64,000 bases of DNA. Source: Candidatus Bathyarchaeia archaeon (lineage in GTDB: Archaea; Thermoproteota; Bathyarchaeia; Bathyarchaeales; Bathycorpusculaceae). Of the stretch, positions 36,023 to 46,249 are shown in pieces. Location of the stretch: assembly GCA_049512935.1 (NCBI GenBank), contig JBEKWR010000003.1:64001-128000 (forward strand), read 5' to 3'. Position 1 is the stretch's first letter. Every line of letters begins with the position of its first letter. Under the pieces are notes generated by a model, which did no database searches, had not been told where the DNA came from, and saw only the letters and a program-made list of their open reading frames with translations. Made by a program: the position numbers and the translations under genes.

Positions 36023-37684
36023 TTACGTTTGAGTTTGGTTGAAGCGTACCAGAAAGAGCCGTTCGGGCATTTGACCGAAGAAAGGCTGGTCTGTTGGTAC
36101 GCCGAACCTTCCCGTGCTGTAAATCATGGCTAGGATGTCGGCGTAGGTTAAGGTGGTGTTGTAGAACGGCATTGTTGACCCGTAATCGTACAGGATTATG
36201 TATTTGACGTTGCGTTGTTCGCATAGGCTTACGAACTGGGTTATGTTGAAGTCAGGTGTGAAAGTGTCAACGGCAAGTTCTGGGTACTGCCAAATCTGGT
36301 TTTCAGACATGTTTGCAGGCATGTAAAACCAAAACATGTCCTGGTAGAAACTGTTGGAGGCGCAGATGATGACTGCCGACTGGTTTTGATCCAAGTGACC
36401 CGCCAAATAGTTCGTTGTGGCTTGAATGGGAATGCTAACCTCATCTCTAGCAGTCATCTCATAGGCGTTGTAACTGCTGTAAGCGATCGCGGATGCGGCG
36501 AGGAAAATGAAGGAGGCTGCTGCAAGTTTCTTGGTTCGAACCCCGCTGAGACCTGTCAAGTTGGGTTTCCAAGAGCGTACTTTCCCGTACAGAAAAACAA
36601 TGAAGCTGGCGGCTGACATGGCTAAGATTGGGAAAAGTACGTCTACGTAACGCCATTGTCTGTCTGGGATCAGAGTGAAGAAGGTGTAGATTGCTATGAA
36701 CCACGTAAAGAGAAAGACATCTTGCTTTTTTCTCCTGTAAGCGAACAATCCTAAACCGCAAAGGCCAAGCGCCATTATGGGCAGCGAGACTGGGTTAACG
36801 GGGATGCCGTTAAAAGGCGCAGTCATTTCAATCAGGTAGTAAACTGGGATGAAAAACCTGTTGCTGTAGGAAGGCCTGTTTTGTCCGCCAACTTGCACGA
36901 CGTAAAGGATGGTTTGAAACTTTGACGACCCGCTGAATTGGTAAATCATCAAAAACCAAGGTGCCACCACCAAAAGCGCTATTAGAACTATGACTATCAG
37001 CTTTGTTACGCTTATTTTCAGTCTTTTTCTGCAAAGAAACAGAATGCTCACGAGCATTGCGAGGGCTGCAACCAAAATCTGGTACTTCGCAAGGATGCCG
37101 ATGCCTAAGGCTAACCCGCATAAGACAAGCGCTTTGTTGCTGTTGTTTGTGATCCACGTGTAAAAAAGAAACATCACTAACGAGAAAAAGAATATGAGCA
37201 CCGTTTCCAGCAGCGTTACTCTTGAAACCCAGACGAACCCGGGCATCGTGGCAAGCAGAACGCTTGCGATCAAGCCGTTTCGGGGTCCGTACGCTTTCTT
37301 GGCAAACTCGAACACAACCCACACGGCGAGCAAAGCAAAAGTTACGGAAACCAGCCTTCCAGCTGTTGTGCTTACGCCGAAAACCTCTAGGTAGCCCGCA
37401 GTTATTAAGTCAAAAAAAGGCGGGTAGTAGCCGTTTATCGACAGGTAATTGTATGTGTTTCCCCGAGTTAGAAGCAAGCCGCCGTAAAGGTGAGGCATCT
37501 CGTCCCATTGCGGCGACATGTAGCCTAAGCTTAGGGTCAGAAGGTAAGCGTAGACCACGACGAAAGCCAAGAAAGCCAGCCGCCACTTATTGGCTTTAAC
37601 TGCACGTTTCAGCCGAGATGCTGCAGAATTGCTGCCTGACTGTGGCGTCGCATCTTGCGCTGTGTCTGGTTGTTTAATGGTCAG
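36023..37684 (-). CDS. GT-C (ArnT/PMT family) membrane glycosyltransferase
   Basis: WDE, YYPP, LAKY, RY motifs, many TMs; frame open to a CTG at 37684 preceded by GAGAGG. Confidence 0.85.
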   Translation of the reverse strand: MTIKQPDTAQDATPQSGSNSAASRLKRAVKANKWRLAFLAFVVVYAYLLTLSLGYMSPQWDEMPHLYGGLLLTRGNTYNYLSINGYYPPFFDLITAGYLEVFGVSTTAGRLVSVTFALLAVWVVFEFAKKAYGPRNGLIASVLLATMPGFVWVSRVTLLETVLIFFFSLVMFLFYTWITNNSNKALVLCGLALGIGILAKYQILVAALAMLVSILFLCRKRLKISVTKLIVIVLIALLVVAPWFLMIYQFSGSSKFQTILYVVQVGGQNRPSYSNRFFIPVYYLIEMTAPFNGIPVNPVSLPIMALGLCGLGLFAYRRKKQDVFLFTWFIAIYTFFTLIPDRQWRYVDVLFPILAMSAASFIVFLYGKVRSWKPNLTGLSGVRTKKLAAASFIFLAASAIAYSSYNAYEMTARDEVSIPIQATTNYLAGHLDQNQSAVIICASNSFYQDMFWFYMPANMSENQIWQYPELAVDTFTPDFNITQFVSLCEQRNVKYIILYDYGSTMPFYNTTLTYADILAMIYSTGRFGVPTDQPFFGQMPERLFLVRFNQTQT

Positions 37685-37866
37685 CCTCTCTCCCTATGGA
37701 AAAGCATTATTTCAAACCACGTAAAAAAGCGTTTGTTAAATCCCGCTTTTATCCTCTAAAGCTGTTAGAGTGATGCTTCGGTTTTTTGCCAAAAGAGTCT
37801 TATGGTAGGTGCAGAAGATGTAATGGAAACCAAACATGCCTTAAAGAGTTGGCAAGTGCCGAAACT

Positions 37867-38565
37867 ATGAAATTGTCAATCGTAATACCAGCGTACAACG
37901 AGGAAAAAAGGATTAGGCACACTTTGGAGTGTTTGGTTGAACGATTCAACGGTTCCTGCGAAATCATAGTCGTGTCAGAAAGTACCGATAAAACGAATGA
38001 CATCGTAAACGAATTTTCCAAGACTTCAGGGGTCGTCAAGCTTTTAGCGTCACCCAAAAGGCTCGGGAAGGGCGGAGCCTTCAAAAAAGGCGTTAGAAAC
38101 TCACGCGGCGAAATTGTCATGCTGCTTGATTCAGATCTTCCTGTTCCAGTTTCAGACGTTGAGAAGCTGGCTTCCTGCGTGGAAGACGTTGATGTTGCTG
38201 TCGCTTCAAGAGAGGTTTATGGGGCAAAAATTTTGGTTGAACGTCCCCCCGCGAGAGTGTTTGCGAGTAAGGCTTTCTCCCTGTTTTTCAATGCCTTGTT
38301 CAACCTTAACGTGAAGGATACTCAATGCGGTTGTAAAGCCTTCAAAAGGGAAGCGCTACAAAACGTTCTTTTCACCGTTGAAAGCGACGGTTTTGAGTTT
38401 GATGCCGAGTTGCTGTGGAAATGCAAGAAAAAAGGCTACTCTATAAAAGAGGTGCCTGTGACTTGGAGTTACACGACTGCCTCAAAACTTAACCTCGGAG
38501 AGGACACTTTGAAAATGGCGCTGGATGTTCTAAAGCTTTGGGTAAAAACGCGCACCGTCGCGTAA
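37867..38565 (+). CDS. GT2 dolichyl-phosphate hexosyltransferase
   Basis: SIVIPAYNE, GKGGA, LDSD, DTQCG.K, FDAEL, EVPVTW. Confidence 0.9.
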   Translation: MKLSIVIPAYNEEKRIRHTLECLVERFNGSCEIIVVSESTDKTNDIVNEFSKTSGVVKLLASPKRLGKGGAFKKGVRNSRGEIVMLLDSDLPVPVSDVEKLASCVEDVDVAVASREVYGAKILVERPPARVFASKAFSLFFNALFNLNVKDTQCGCKAFKREALQNVLFTVESDGFEFDAELLWKCKKKGYSIKEVPVTWSYTTASKLNLGEDTLKMALDVLKLWVKTRTVA

Positions 38566-38635
38566 AAGACTTAGAGCGGATTAAAGAACGTGCCGATTGA
38601 AATTAAAAGAAAAAAGAAGTTTTGTGTTGCTGGGT

Positions 38636-39946
38636 CTATATGAAGTGGACTTTTAGGGCGTGTGTTGAGCAGGAGATGCATGGGTCGTAGGCTCTGACGA
38701 GCATTTCCAAGGTGAGCTCGATTTCTTTTTCTGATTTGTCAAGAATCTTGGGTAGCAGCGCTTTTAGGTCTAATTCGATGTTGCCGTGGTTTTGATTTGT
38801 CGGGATTATGCAGTTGGCTTTAGTGCAGTATCCTTTGTCATTGTAAGTATAGTCATGGAACAAGATGCCTCTTGGGACTTCGACAGCGCCGATGCCGCGT
38901 CCAGCTTTAACTTTGATTTCTGGCTTATTGTATTCTGGTTGACTCTTCAAGCCTGCAGATTCCAGTTCATCGATGAGTTTGATTGAATCTTCCAAGCTGT
39001 GAACAACTTCTACAAGCTGCGCAATGCTGTTCATGAATGGGTTATGGCATACTGGTTTGAGGTCGAACATTTCCGCTGTCTGCTTAGCCATCGGTGAAAG
39101 CTTTTCGTAGTTCAGGTTCAATCTAGCAAGCGCCCCGACCATGTAAGATTCACGGGCGTGTTTTGCGCGTTTGGCGGTGGAGTATGGAACGATGTACTCG
39201 TTTGTGTATGATAGGTACTCGTTTACAGGCGCTATTCCTGTGTCGGTGGAGCTAAGCTTTCCGTCGTACAATGCATACTCGTTAGGGCTGGTTAAACCGA
39301 TGAATTCTGTTTCCCTTGTAAAATCAGGCAGTTTACCCGCTAAAGCCTTGATTAAACCTGCGACAGCTTGAACGTCTGGGGCAGATTCTTTCAGTTTCTG
39401 TCTAATAGCTGTTAACTCGTTTATTGATGGGATTTTTGAGAAGCCGCCAGGTAGAAGCCTTTGAGGGTGCGTGGTTCTGCCGCAAAGCAAATTAGACATT
39501 TCATTTGCTAGCCGATGCAAGCGCAGAACAGTTTTTACTTCTTTGGGGTTTGAAGCTGCAATTGGAATAACTGAACCCACACCCATCAGGTCGGGCAGGA
39601 CCAAGAAGCCTAAATGCAGAATGTGGCTTTGCAGGTTTTCACCGTGAAGCGCCAGTTTCCTTAGTTTCAGGTCTTGCTCGCTTATTTGGATGCCCATGGC
39701 TGTCTCAGTTGCTTTGAGCGATGCGAGCGTGTGGCCTATTGAGCAGATTCCGCAGATCCTAGACGTTATATGGTGCAGTTCGCTGTACTGGCGACCTACA
39801 ACCATCGCTTCAAAGAATCTTGGCGCTTCAGGTATTGCCCACTCGCATTTTTCTACCGTTCCTTCACGGACATTTACGTATATGTCACCGTGTCCTTCAA
39901 CTCGGGTAATATAGTGCACTTTCAGGTTTAAGTTCTGGTTTTTCAT
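38636..39946 (-). CDS. hydA: group 3b [NiFe]-hydrogenase large subunit
   Basis: TRVEGHG, PRFFE, RICGIC, DPCISCSTH. Confidence 0.9.
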   Translation of the reverse strand: MKNQNLNLKVHYITRVEGHGDIYVNVREGTVEKCEWAIPEAPRFFEAMVVGRQYSELHHITSRICGICSIGHTLASLKATETAMGIQISEQDLKLRKLALHGENLQSHILHLGFLVLPDLMGVGSVIPIAASNPKEVKTVLRLHRLANEMSNLLCGRTTHPQRLLPGGFSKIPSINELTAIRQKLKESAPDVQAVAGLIKALAGKLPDFTRETEFIGLTSPNEYALYDGKLSSTDTGIAPVNEYLSYTNEYIVPYSTAKRAKHARESYMVGALARLNLNYEKLSPMAKQTAEMFDLKPVCHNPFMNSIAQLVEVVHSLEDSIKLIDELESAGLKSQPEYNKPEIKVKAGRGIGAVEVPRGILFHDYTYNDKGYCTKANCIIPTNQNHGNIELDLKALLPKILDKSEKEIELTLEMLVRAYDPCISCSTHALKVHFI

Positions 39947-40680
39947 TTTCGTCTCTCCTGCCAACCAAAGTATAAACTAAACTTGCTAACTGCATCATCA
40001 ACTGTTAAGCCATATTTGATTAAGACTTCTTTTTCAGAATTCTCGTTAGGGTTATCTACCAAGCCTCGGCATCCCCAACATATCGTTCCTTCGTTGACGC
40101 AGCAGGAATCGCATCCTGCTCTTGTGACTGGCCCGACGCAGAATTGTCCCCTTTCGAAGGCACAGATATTTTCGTTCTTTTTGCATTCAACGCATACGGG
40201 GTAAGTGGGTATATCGGGTTTCTTTCCAAGCAACAACGATTTAACAACGCTGAGAAACTCTTCCTTGGTCATCGGGCACCCATACACGTAGGCATCTACA
40301 GGTATCACGGAGTCTATTGGCCTAGCGGCATAAGTATCAAATAGTCTTGCGCTGTCACCGTAAACGGTTTTTTTAACTTCGTCCAGTTCCTTGTAGTTTT
40401 TCAGCGAGTTTATTCCGCCGATAGCGGCGCATGAGCCGATGGCGACAACTACCTTAGCGTTTTTTCTTATTTGCTTTAGTCTATCTTCGTCTTGAAGTCG
40501 AGTGCATGACCCTTCTACGAAGGCTATGTCATAATTGTCGCTGTGTTCTTTCATGACTTCTCTAAAGCTCACAACTTCCACTTGATCAAGAAGGGCCAGT
40601 ATTTCTTCTTCCAAATTGGCGATTTGCAGCTCGTCACCCTCGCAGCCAGCAAAATCAAAGAAAGCTACTTTCGGCTTCAC
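39943..40680 (-). CDS. hydD: group 3b [NiFe]-hydrogenase small subunit
   Basis: GSCA, GCP, CVEC, C.GPVTRAGC, CWGCRG. Confidence 0.9.
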   Translation of the reverse strand: MKPKVAFFDFAGCEGDELQIANLEEEILALLDQVEVVSFREVMKEHSDNYDIAFVEGSCTRLQDEDRLKQIRKNAKVVVAIGSCAAIGGINSLKNYKELDEVKKTVYGDSARLFDTYAARPIDSVIPVDAYVYGCPMTKEEFLSVVKSLLLGKKPDIPTYPVCVECKKNENICAFERGQFCVGPVTRAGCDSCCVNEGTICWGCRGLVDNPNENSEKEVLIKYGLTVDDAVSKFSLYFGWQERRK

Positions 40681-40682
40681 CT

Positions 40683-42599
40683 TTAAAGCGCCTCCGGGAT
40701 TCCCCTGATTTTTGAATAATTAAACACGGGTCCATCCTTGCAAACATAGACTTGGTTGATCTGGCAGTGACCACATCTTCCAACTCCACACTTCATTCTT
40801 CTCTCCAAAGACATGATTATGTGATCGTCGGGAACGTTTCGTTTTTTTAAGTCAGCAATGACGAACTTGTACATGATTGGTGGACCGCAAATTACAGCGT
40901 ACGTTTTTTCGGGATCAAACTTTATTTGAGGAATAAGCGTTGTTATCACACCTATATTTGCCGACCAAGTTTCGGTTTCAGGGCAACTGTCGACTGTAGG
41001 CTTGAATTCTACGTCGTCTCTCTCGGCTAGTGCAAGAAGTTCATCAGCAAAAAGCAGATCCTTTGGCTCCTTACAGCCATAAAGCAAAATTACCTGGCCA
41101 TAGTCTTTTCGGTTATCAAGAACGTAATTGAATAATGACCGCAGCGGTGCAAGTCCCAGGCCGCCTGCCACAAAAAGCAGGTCTTTGCCTTTCAAGAATT
41201 CTGCATCAAATCCGTTTCCAAACGGTCCTCTTATTCCCACTTTGTCTCCGGCGTTAAGCGTGTGCAACTTCGTTGTTACGTTGCCTAGTTTACGAACGCA
41301 TATTTCAAACGTTTCTTTCTTTGTTGGCGGCGACGAAATGGAAATTGGCGCTTCGCCTATTCCAAAAACCGAAACTTCAACGAATTGTCCTGGTTTGTGA
41401 CCCAGAACCGAGCCATCGTCCAATTTGATTTCAAACAACGTTTCATTAGCCGTCATAGGCTGTTTCCTTACGATTGTTGCAAGCATAGGAACAAAGTCTA
41501 TGTTGCCTTCAGTTTGAATTTTAACTTCAGGCGTTGATACAGCAGTCACTTGCACGCCACTGTTCTGGTTTTCATGGTACATGTCATTGAAAAGATTGAC
41601 TGGGTTGGCAATGTTAGGAAGACAGTTCGAGGAGCACCGCCCGCAACCTACACACGAAACGAATCCGAATCGATCAAACAGATACTTGCCTTTCTTAAAG
41701 TATCTATGTCTATATCTGGTCGGTCTTGTTGGGCGGAAATTTTCACCTGAACTGATTTTCGCAAAATCTTCGATTAAGCATCCATCCCAAGTTCTCACTC
41801 GTTCGCCCTGTTCAAGGGACAAGTCAGGATTATCTTTAATATCAAAGCAGTAGCATGTGGGGCAAACAAGGACGCAGGAGCCGCAAGCTAAACATTTCTC
41901 AGAATGTTTCTCCCAGAAAGAACTGTCTCCGTAAAATTTACTCAGCATTTCAGGAATTAATTCTGGTGGAAGATCCAGCTTTTGTTGTGTCATCGCCATT
42001 ATTTCCCGCTTTTTCTGGCCGACCAGCTGGGTGTCTCTTGCAAGCGCATTATCAACGTTTTTTGCATACTTATCCAGGAGTGCCTCGCCTTTTTCCGAAC
42101 CAATACTGATGGCATACCTGTTTCCAAGATCCGTGAGCATAAGGTCATAGCCATACTCTACTGTGGCGCTGCCCATGTAATCTGCAAAGCACCATTTTGA
42201 CATTTTCACAATATTAACGCCGATAATTATCGATGCTTCCCGTTTTTCAAAATAGTACGGGTCTGATTTTGTTTCGCTAAAGACTTCATCCATGTGAAGA
42301 AGGGCTACTATATCATATGGGTGAACGCCGACTAGCACCATGGGCTTGATTTCAGATGGGCTTTTAGCAGAAAAACTCTTTCCCACATTATAAGTCACTA
42401 AAGTTTCTCTTTGGGGAAAGAAATACTTCTTAGGCGGAAGAAGAGTAACGTCATAATCCATTCGCAGTTCACTGGCAGACTCTAAAGGCCCGAAAGCGAA
42501 TTTATTGCCTTTCGCTTTGACACCTATAACGTTCAAAGATTCATCTTTTATCATGGAGTTGACAAAAAGAGCAAAGTTTTCTTTTGATATTATACGCAT
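40683..42599 (-). CDS. fused sulfhydrogenase beta (4Fe-4S) and gamma (FAD/NADP) subunits
   Basis: CLACGSC..VCPTCYC and CVGCGRC...C, then PGQF, GEAPISI, GPFG, GGLG, CGPP, CGVGRCGHC in one ORF. Confidence 0.9.
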   Translation of the reverse strand: MRIISKENFALFVNSMIKDESLNVIGVKAKGNKFAFGPLESASELRMDYDVTLLPPKKYFFPQRETLVTYNVGKSFSAKSPSEIKPMVLVGVHPYDIVALLHMDEVFSETKSDPYYFEKREASIIIGVNIVKMSKWCFADYMGSATVEYGYDLMLTDLGNRYAISIGSEKGEALLDKYAKNVDNALARDTQLVGQKKREIMAMTQQKLDLPPELIPEMLSKFYGDSSFWEKHSEKCLACGSCVLVCPTCYCFDIKDNPDLSLEQGERVRTWDGCLIEDFAKISSGENFRPTRPTRYRHRYFKKGKYLFDRFGFVSCVGCGRCSSNCLPNIANPVNLFNDMYHENQNSGVQVTAVSTPEVKIQTEGNIDFVPMLATIVRKQPMTANETLFEIKLDDGSVLGHKPGQFVEVSVFGIGEAPISISSPPTKKETFEICVRKLGNVTTKLHTLNAGDKVGIRGPFGNGFDAEFLKGKDLLFVAGGLGLAPLRSLFNYVLDNRKDYGQVILLYGCKEPKDLLFADELLALAERDDVEFKPTVDSCPETETWSANIGVITTLIPQIKFDPEKTYAVICGPPIMYKFVIADLKKRNVPDDHIIMSLERRMKCGVGRCGHCQINQVYVCKDGPVFNYSKIRGIPEAL

Positions 42600-42872
42600 T
42601 TCATCGCTTCCAGATTGCTGAGAATAAGCAATTTTTTTTTGTAATAGTACATGAAAAGGTAAAGATGCACATATAATTCTTTTCCTAAAAAAGGACTATC
42701 TACCGAAAAACGTGTTTGAGCAGTCCAAAACCAAACGAATTATTTACGGTCAAGATCAAGTTTTGTGGCTAATTGCCTTAGAAACATCGTCTATCTGCCC
42801 TTTAGACTTTTATACTAGGATTTCTGTAGTGGTGCGGTGTGGTTCCATTGAATTTAAAGGAGGATCAAACCA

Positions 42873-43361
42873 TTGTCTGAAATGGACCAGAGACGTTCAA
42901 CGTTGGAAAAAGTTTTGAAAGAACACAATTACCAAGAAAGCGCTCTTTTAGAAATACTGCATCGCGCCCAAGAAATTTACGGCTATTTAGATAAGGATTT
43001 GCTTATGGACATTTCTGGGTCGCTTAACATTCCGCCGAGCCATGTTTACGGCGTAGCAACTTTCTACAGCTTCTTCAAATTTAAACAGCCCGGGCAACAC
43101 ATCGTCACTGGTTGCTTAGGAACCGCTTGCTACGTGAAAGAAGTTGAACAGATTTTTGAGGCTGTTGAAAAAGAATTTAACGTCAAACGCGGCGGAGAAA
43201 CTTCAGATGGAAAGCTTTCCCTTCTTGTCACGCGGTGCATCGGCGCGTGCGCTATGGCACCGAACGTCGTGATTGATGATGACGTGGTGGGTAGAGCCAC
43301 AAAAGAAATAGTTATTGCAAGAATAAAGGCTGTTCTTGGAGGGATTAAACCTGAAAGTTGA
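42873..43361 (+). CDS. hoxE: Hox diaphorase 2Fe-2S subunit
   Basis: GVATFY, CLGTAC, CIGAC. Confidence 0.88.
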   Translation: MSEMDQRRSTLEKVLKEHNYQESALLEILHRAQEIYGYLDKDLLMDISGSLNIPPSHVYGVATFYSFFKFKQPGQHIVTGCLGTACYVKEVEQIFEAVEKEFNVKRGGETSDGKLSLLVTRCIGACAMAPNVVIDDDVVGRATKEIVIARIKAVLGGIKPES

Positions 43362-44997
43362 TGATATTCAAAAAATAGCTGAGCATGAAATTGATTTTCA
43401 AAGGGCATACAAGTACCGGATTAATGTTTGCTGCTCAAGCGGATGCGTTCCTTTCGGAGCGCTCAAAGTCCTGAAAGCTTTCGAAGATGCGGTTAAGGAG
43501 TTAGGCGTGGACAAGGAATGCAAAGTTGCACGCACAGGCTGCATCGGCACATGCTCTGTCGGTCCCGCAGTTTTGATTGAGCCCGGTGACTACCTTTACC
43601 AGAGCGTTACCCCTGAAGCTGTGAGGGAGATTGTCCGTGACCACATAGTTCTCGATTTACCAGTAAAAGAAATGCTTTACAAGAATGAGGCGTACTTCAA
43701 AAAGCAGCATCGGCTTGTTTTAAGGAACGCTGGAAAAATTGACCCCCTGAGAATTCAAGATTACATTTCTGCAGGCGGCTACTCCGCAATTGCTAAGTGC
43801 TTAACATCCATGACTCCGCAAGCCGTAATCGCTGAGGTGGTGGCTAGCGGTCTTCGAGGCAGAGGCGGCGCAGGCTTCCCAACAGGGCAAAAATGGACTT
43901 TAGTATCAAGGGCGCAGAACACTCCCAAGTACATAGTTGCCAACCTCGACGAAGGAGACCCAGGCGTATTCGCAAACCGAACCTTGGCAGAAGCTGACCC
44001 GCACGCCATCATCGAAGGCATGCTTATTGCCGCATTCGCGATCGGCGCGGAAAAAGGCTACATTTACATTAGGTCCGAGTACCCGTTAGCCATCCAAACC
44101 TTGGTGAAGGCTATCGCTCAGGCAAAGGCAATGTCACTTCTCGGCGACAACATCTTAGAAACCAACTTTAAATTCGACCTTGAACTCCGATTTGGCGCAG
44201 GCGCGTTTGTCGCAGGAGAAGAAACAGCAATTCTCGCCTCAGTGGAGGGACAAAGAGCTATGCCTCGTCCGCGTCCACCGTACCCGGCGAACTCTGGTTT
44301 ATGGAAGAAACCCACGCTTATCCAGAACGTTGAAACATTCGCAAACATACCTCAAATCATACAAAACGGGGGCGCATGGTTCGCGAAAACAGGCACTCCG
44401 AAATGCGCGGGAACCAAATGCTTCTCGCTTACGGGTAAAGTTAACAATCCAGGCTTAATTGAAGTGCCGATGGGAATCACGCTGAGAGAAGTCGTGTTCG
44501 AAATCGGCGGCGGCGTGGCTGAAGGAAGGAAATTCAAGGCTGTCCTAGTGGGCGGACCCTCAGGCGGCTGCCTACCTGACACGTTGCTGGACCTCCCAAT
44601 TGACTATGAGTCACTGACGAAGGCTGGAGCAATCATGGGCTCAGGCGGCATCGTAGTGCTTGACGACGAATCATGCATGGTTGACACGGCTAGGTTCTTC
44701 ACTGACTTCTGCGTTGAAGAATCATGCGGCAAATGCACGCCCTGCCGAGCTGGCTTAGCCCGAGTCAAAGAAATATATGACCAAATTTCAACGGGCAACG
44801 GCAAAATGGACGACATCGCCACTCTGGAGAAGGCAGGGGTCTACATTCGAGATGCGAGCCTTTGCGGTCTGGGGCAAACAGCGCCTAACCCGGTTCTGAC
44901 TACGCTTCGGTACTTCAAAGATGAGTACGTTAAACACATCGTTGAAAAGAAATGTGAAGCAGGTAAATGCTTCAAGAAGCATGGGGAGGAGGAATAA
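43351..44997 (+). CDS. hoxF: Hox diaphorase FMN/NAD subunit
   Basis: GRGGAGF, DEGDPG, GEET, ESCGKCTPC, CGLG; N-terminal 2Fe-2S domain; probable CTG start after GGAGGG. Confidence 0.9.
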   Translation: MKVDDIQKIAEHEIDFQRAYKYRINVCCSSGCVPFGALKVLKAFEDAVKELGVDKECKVARTGCIGTCSVGPAVLIEPGDYLYQSVTPEAVREIVRDHIVLDLPVKEMLYKNEAYFKKQHRLVLRNAGKIDPLRIQDYISAGGYSAIAKCLTSMTPQAVIAEVVASGLRGRGGAGFPTGQKWTLVSRAQNTPKYIVANLDEGDPGVFANRTLAEADPHAIIEGMLIAAFAIGAEKGYIYIRSEYPLAIQTLVKAIAQAKAMSLLGDNILETNFKFDLELRFGAGAFVAGEETAILASVEGQRAMPRPRPPYPANSGLWKKPTLIQNVETFANIPQIIQNGGAWFAKTGTPKCAGTKCFSLTGKVNNPGLIEVPMGITLREVVFEIGGGVAEGRKFKAVLVGGPSGGCLPDTLLDLPIDYESLTKAGAIMGSGGIVVLDDESCMVDTARFFTDFCVEESCGKCTPCRAGLARVKEIYDQISTGNGKMDDIATLEKAGVYIRDASLCGLGQTAPNPVLTTLRYFKDEYVKHIVEKKCEAGKCFKKHGEEE

Positions 44998-44999
44998 AC

Positions 45000-45710
45000 G
45001 TGAGCGCACCCAACACTTTGAAACTTAAGATTGACGGTGTCGAAGTTTCAGTTCCTGAAGGCACCACTATCCTGGAAGCGGCTAAATCCAATGGCATCAT
45101 AATTCCAACGTTATGCTCGCTTGAAGGTTTAATCCCTTACGGCGGCTGCCGACTATGCCTCGTTGAAATCAGCGGCTCACCAAAGCTTTTCCCTGCGTGC
45201 ACCACGCCCGTTGGACCTAACATGGAAATCACAACCAAGTCGGAGAGGCTTAAAGATTGCCGCAAGATGGCTGTTCAACTGCTGATGTCCGAGCGGGTTC
45301 ACATATGCTCGGTCTGTGTTGCTAACGATCACTGCGAACTGCAAGCCATGGCTAAGGAGCTTGGAGTTGACCATGTGATGTTTGAGAGGAACTGGACTCG
45401 TGACCCCGTCGATTCCACTCATGACTTCTTGGTCATTGATAGGAACAGGTGCATTCTATGTACCCGTTGCATTCGTGTCTGCGACCAGATTGAAGGCGTC
45501 CACACGCTTGACCTTAAGCTGCGGGGGAAGGACACTGAGGTAATTATGGATCTTGATGAGCACTGGGCGAATTCTTGCTCATGCACATCCTGCCGCAAAT
45601 GCGCGAAGGTCTGCCCTGTGGGAGCCATATACATCGAGGGAGAACCCATTGACCATACTAAGCGTAAAGATATCGCCGAGTTCATCTTGGCGAGGAGGCA
45701 ACGCAAATGA
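45000..45710 (+). CDS. hoxU: Hox diaphorase Fe-S subunit
   Basis: PTLC, CRLC, H.C..C, CILCTRC...C, CTSCRKC...CP. Confidence 0.9.
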   Translation: MSAPNTLKLKIDGVEVSVPEGTTILEAAKSNGIIIPTLCSLEGLIPYGGCRLCLVEISGSPKLFPACTTPVGPNMEITTKSERLKDCRKMAVQLLMSERVHICSVCVANDHCELQAMAKELGVDHVMFERNWTRDPVDSTHDFLVIDRNRCILCTRCIRVCDQIEGVHTLDLKLRGKDTEVIMDLDEHWANSCSCTSCRKCAKVCPVGAIYIEGEPIDHTKRKDIAEFILARRQRK

Positions 45711-46249
45711 CCGCGAACGCGAAGGTTAGAGTCGCCACGGTTTGGCTTAGCGGCTGCGCAGGCTGTCACATGTCGTTCCTAGATCAAGACGAGCGGCTTG
45801 TGGATCTAGCTCAGAAAATCCAGCTGGTTTACAGCCCCATCGCCGATGTGAAGGAGTTTCCAGAAAACGTTGATGTCACGCTCATCGAAGGCGCGATTGC
45901 GAACGAAGAGCAGCTTCACATGCTTCAGAAGGTGAGAGCCCGAACCAAAGTCTTGATATCGCTCGGCGACTGCGCGGTGACGGGAAACGTGGCTGCACTG
46001 AGAAACTCGTGGCGCCACAGCGATCGAGCCGTGCTGGAGCGGGCGTACAAGCAGAAGTCTGATTTGAACGCTGCGATCCCAACTGATGTGCCGAAGCTTC
46101 TGATTAAGGCTCGTCCACTGCATGAAGCCGTCAAAGTTGACTTCTACATACCGGGATGCCCGCCGCACGCGGACCTGATCAACTACGTGATAACCGAATT
46201 GCTGGCAGGTAAGACGCCAAGAATGGAGGGTAAAACAAAATATGGTTAA
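45707..46249 (+). CDS. hoxY: group 3d hydrogenase small subunit
   Basis: GCAGCHMS, GDCA, PGCPP; 180 aa single-cluster type. Confidence 0.9.
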   Translation: MTANAKVRVATVWLSGCAGCHMSFLDQDERLVDLAQKIQLVYSPIADVKEFPENVDVTLIEGAIANEEQLHMLQKVRARTKVLISLGDCAVTGNVAALRNSWRHSDRAVLERAYKQKSDLNAAIPTDVPKLLIKARPLHEAVKVDFYIPGCPPHADLINYVITELLAGKTPRMEGKTKYG

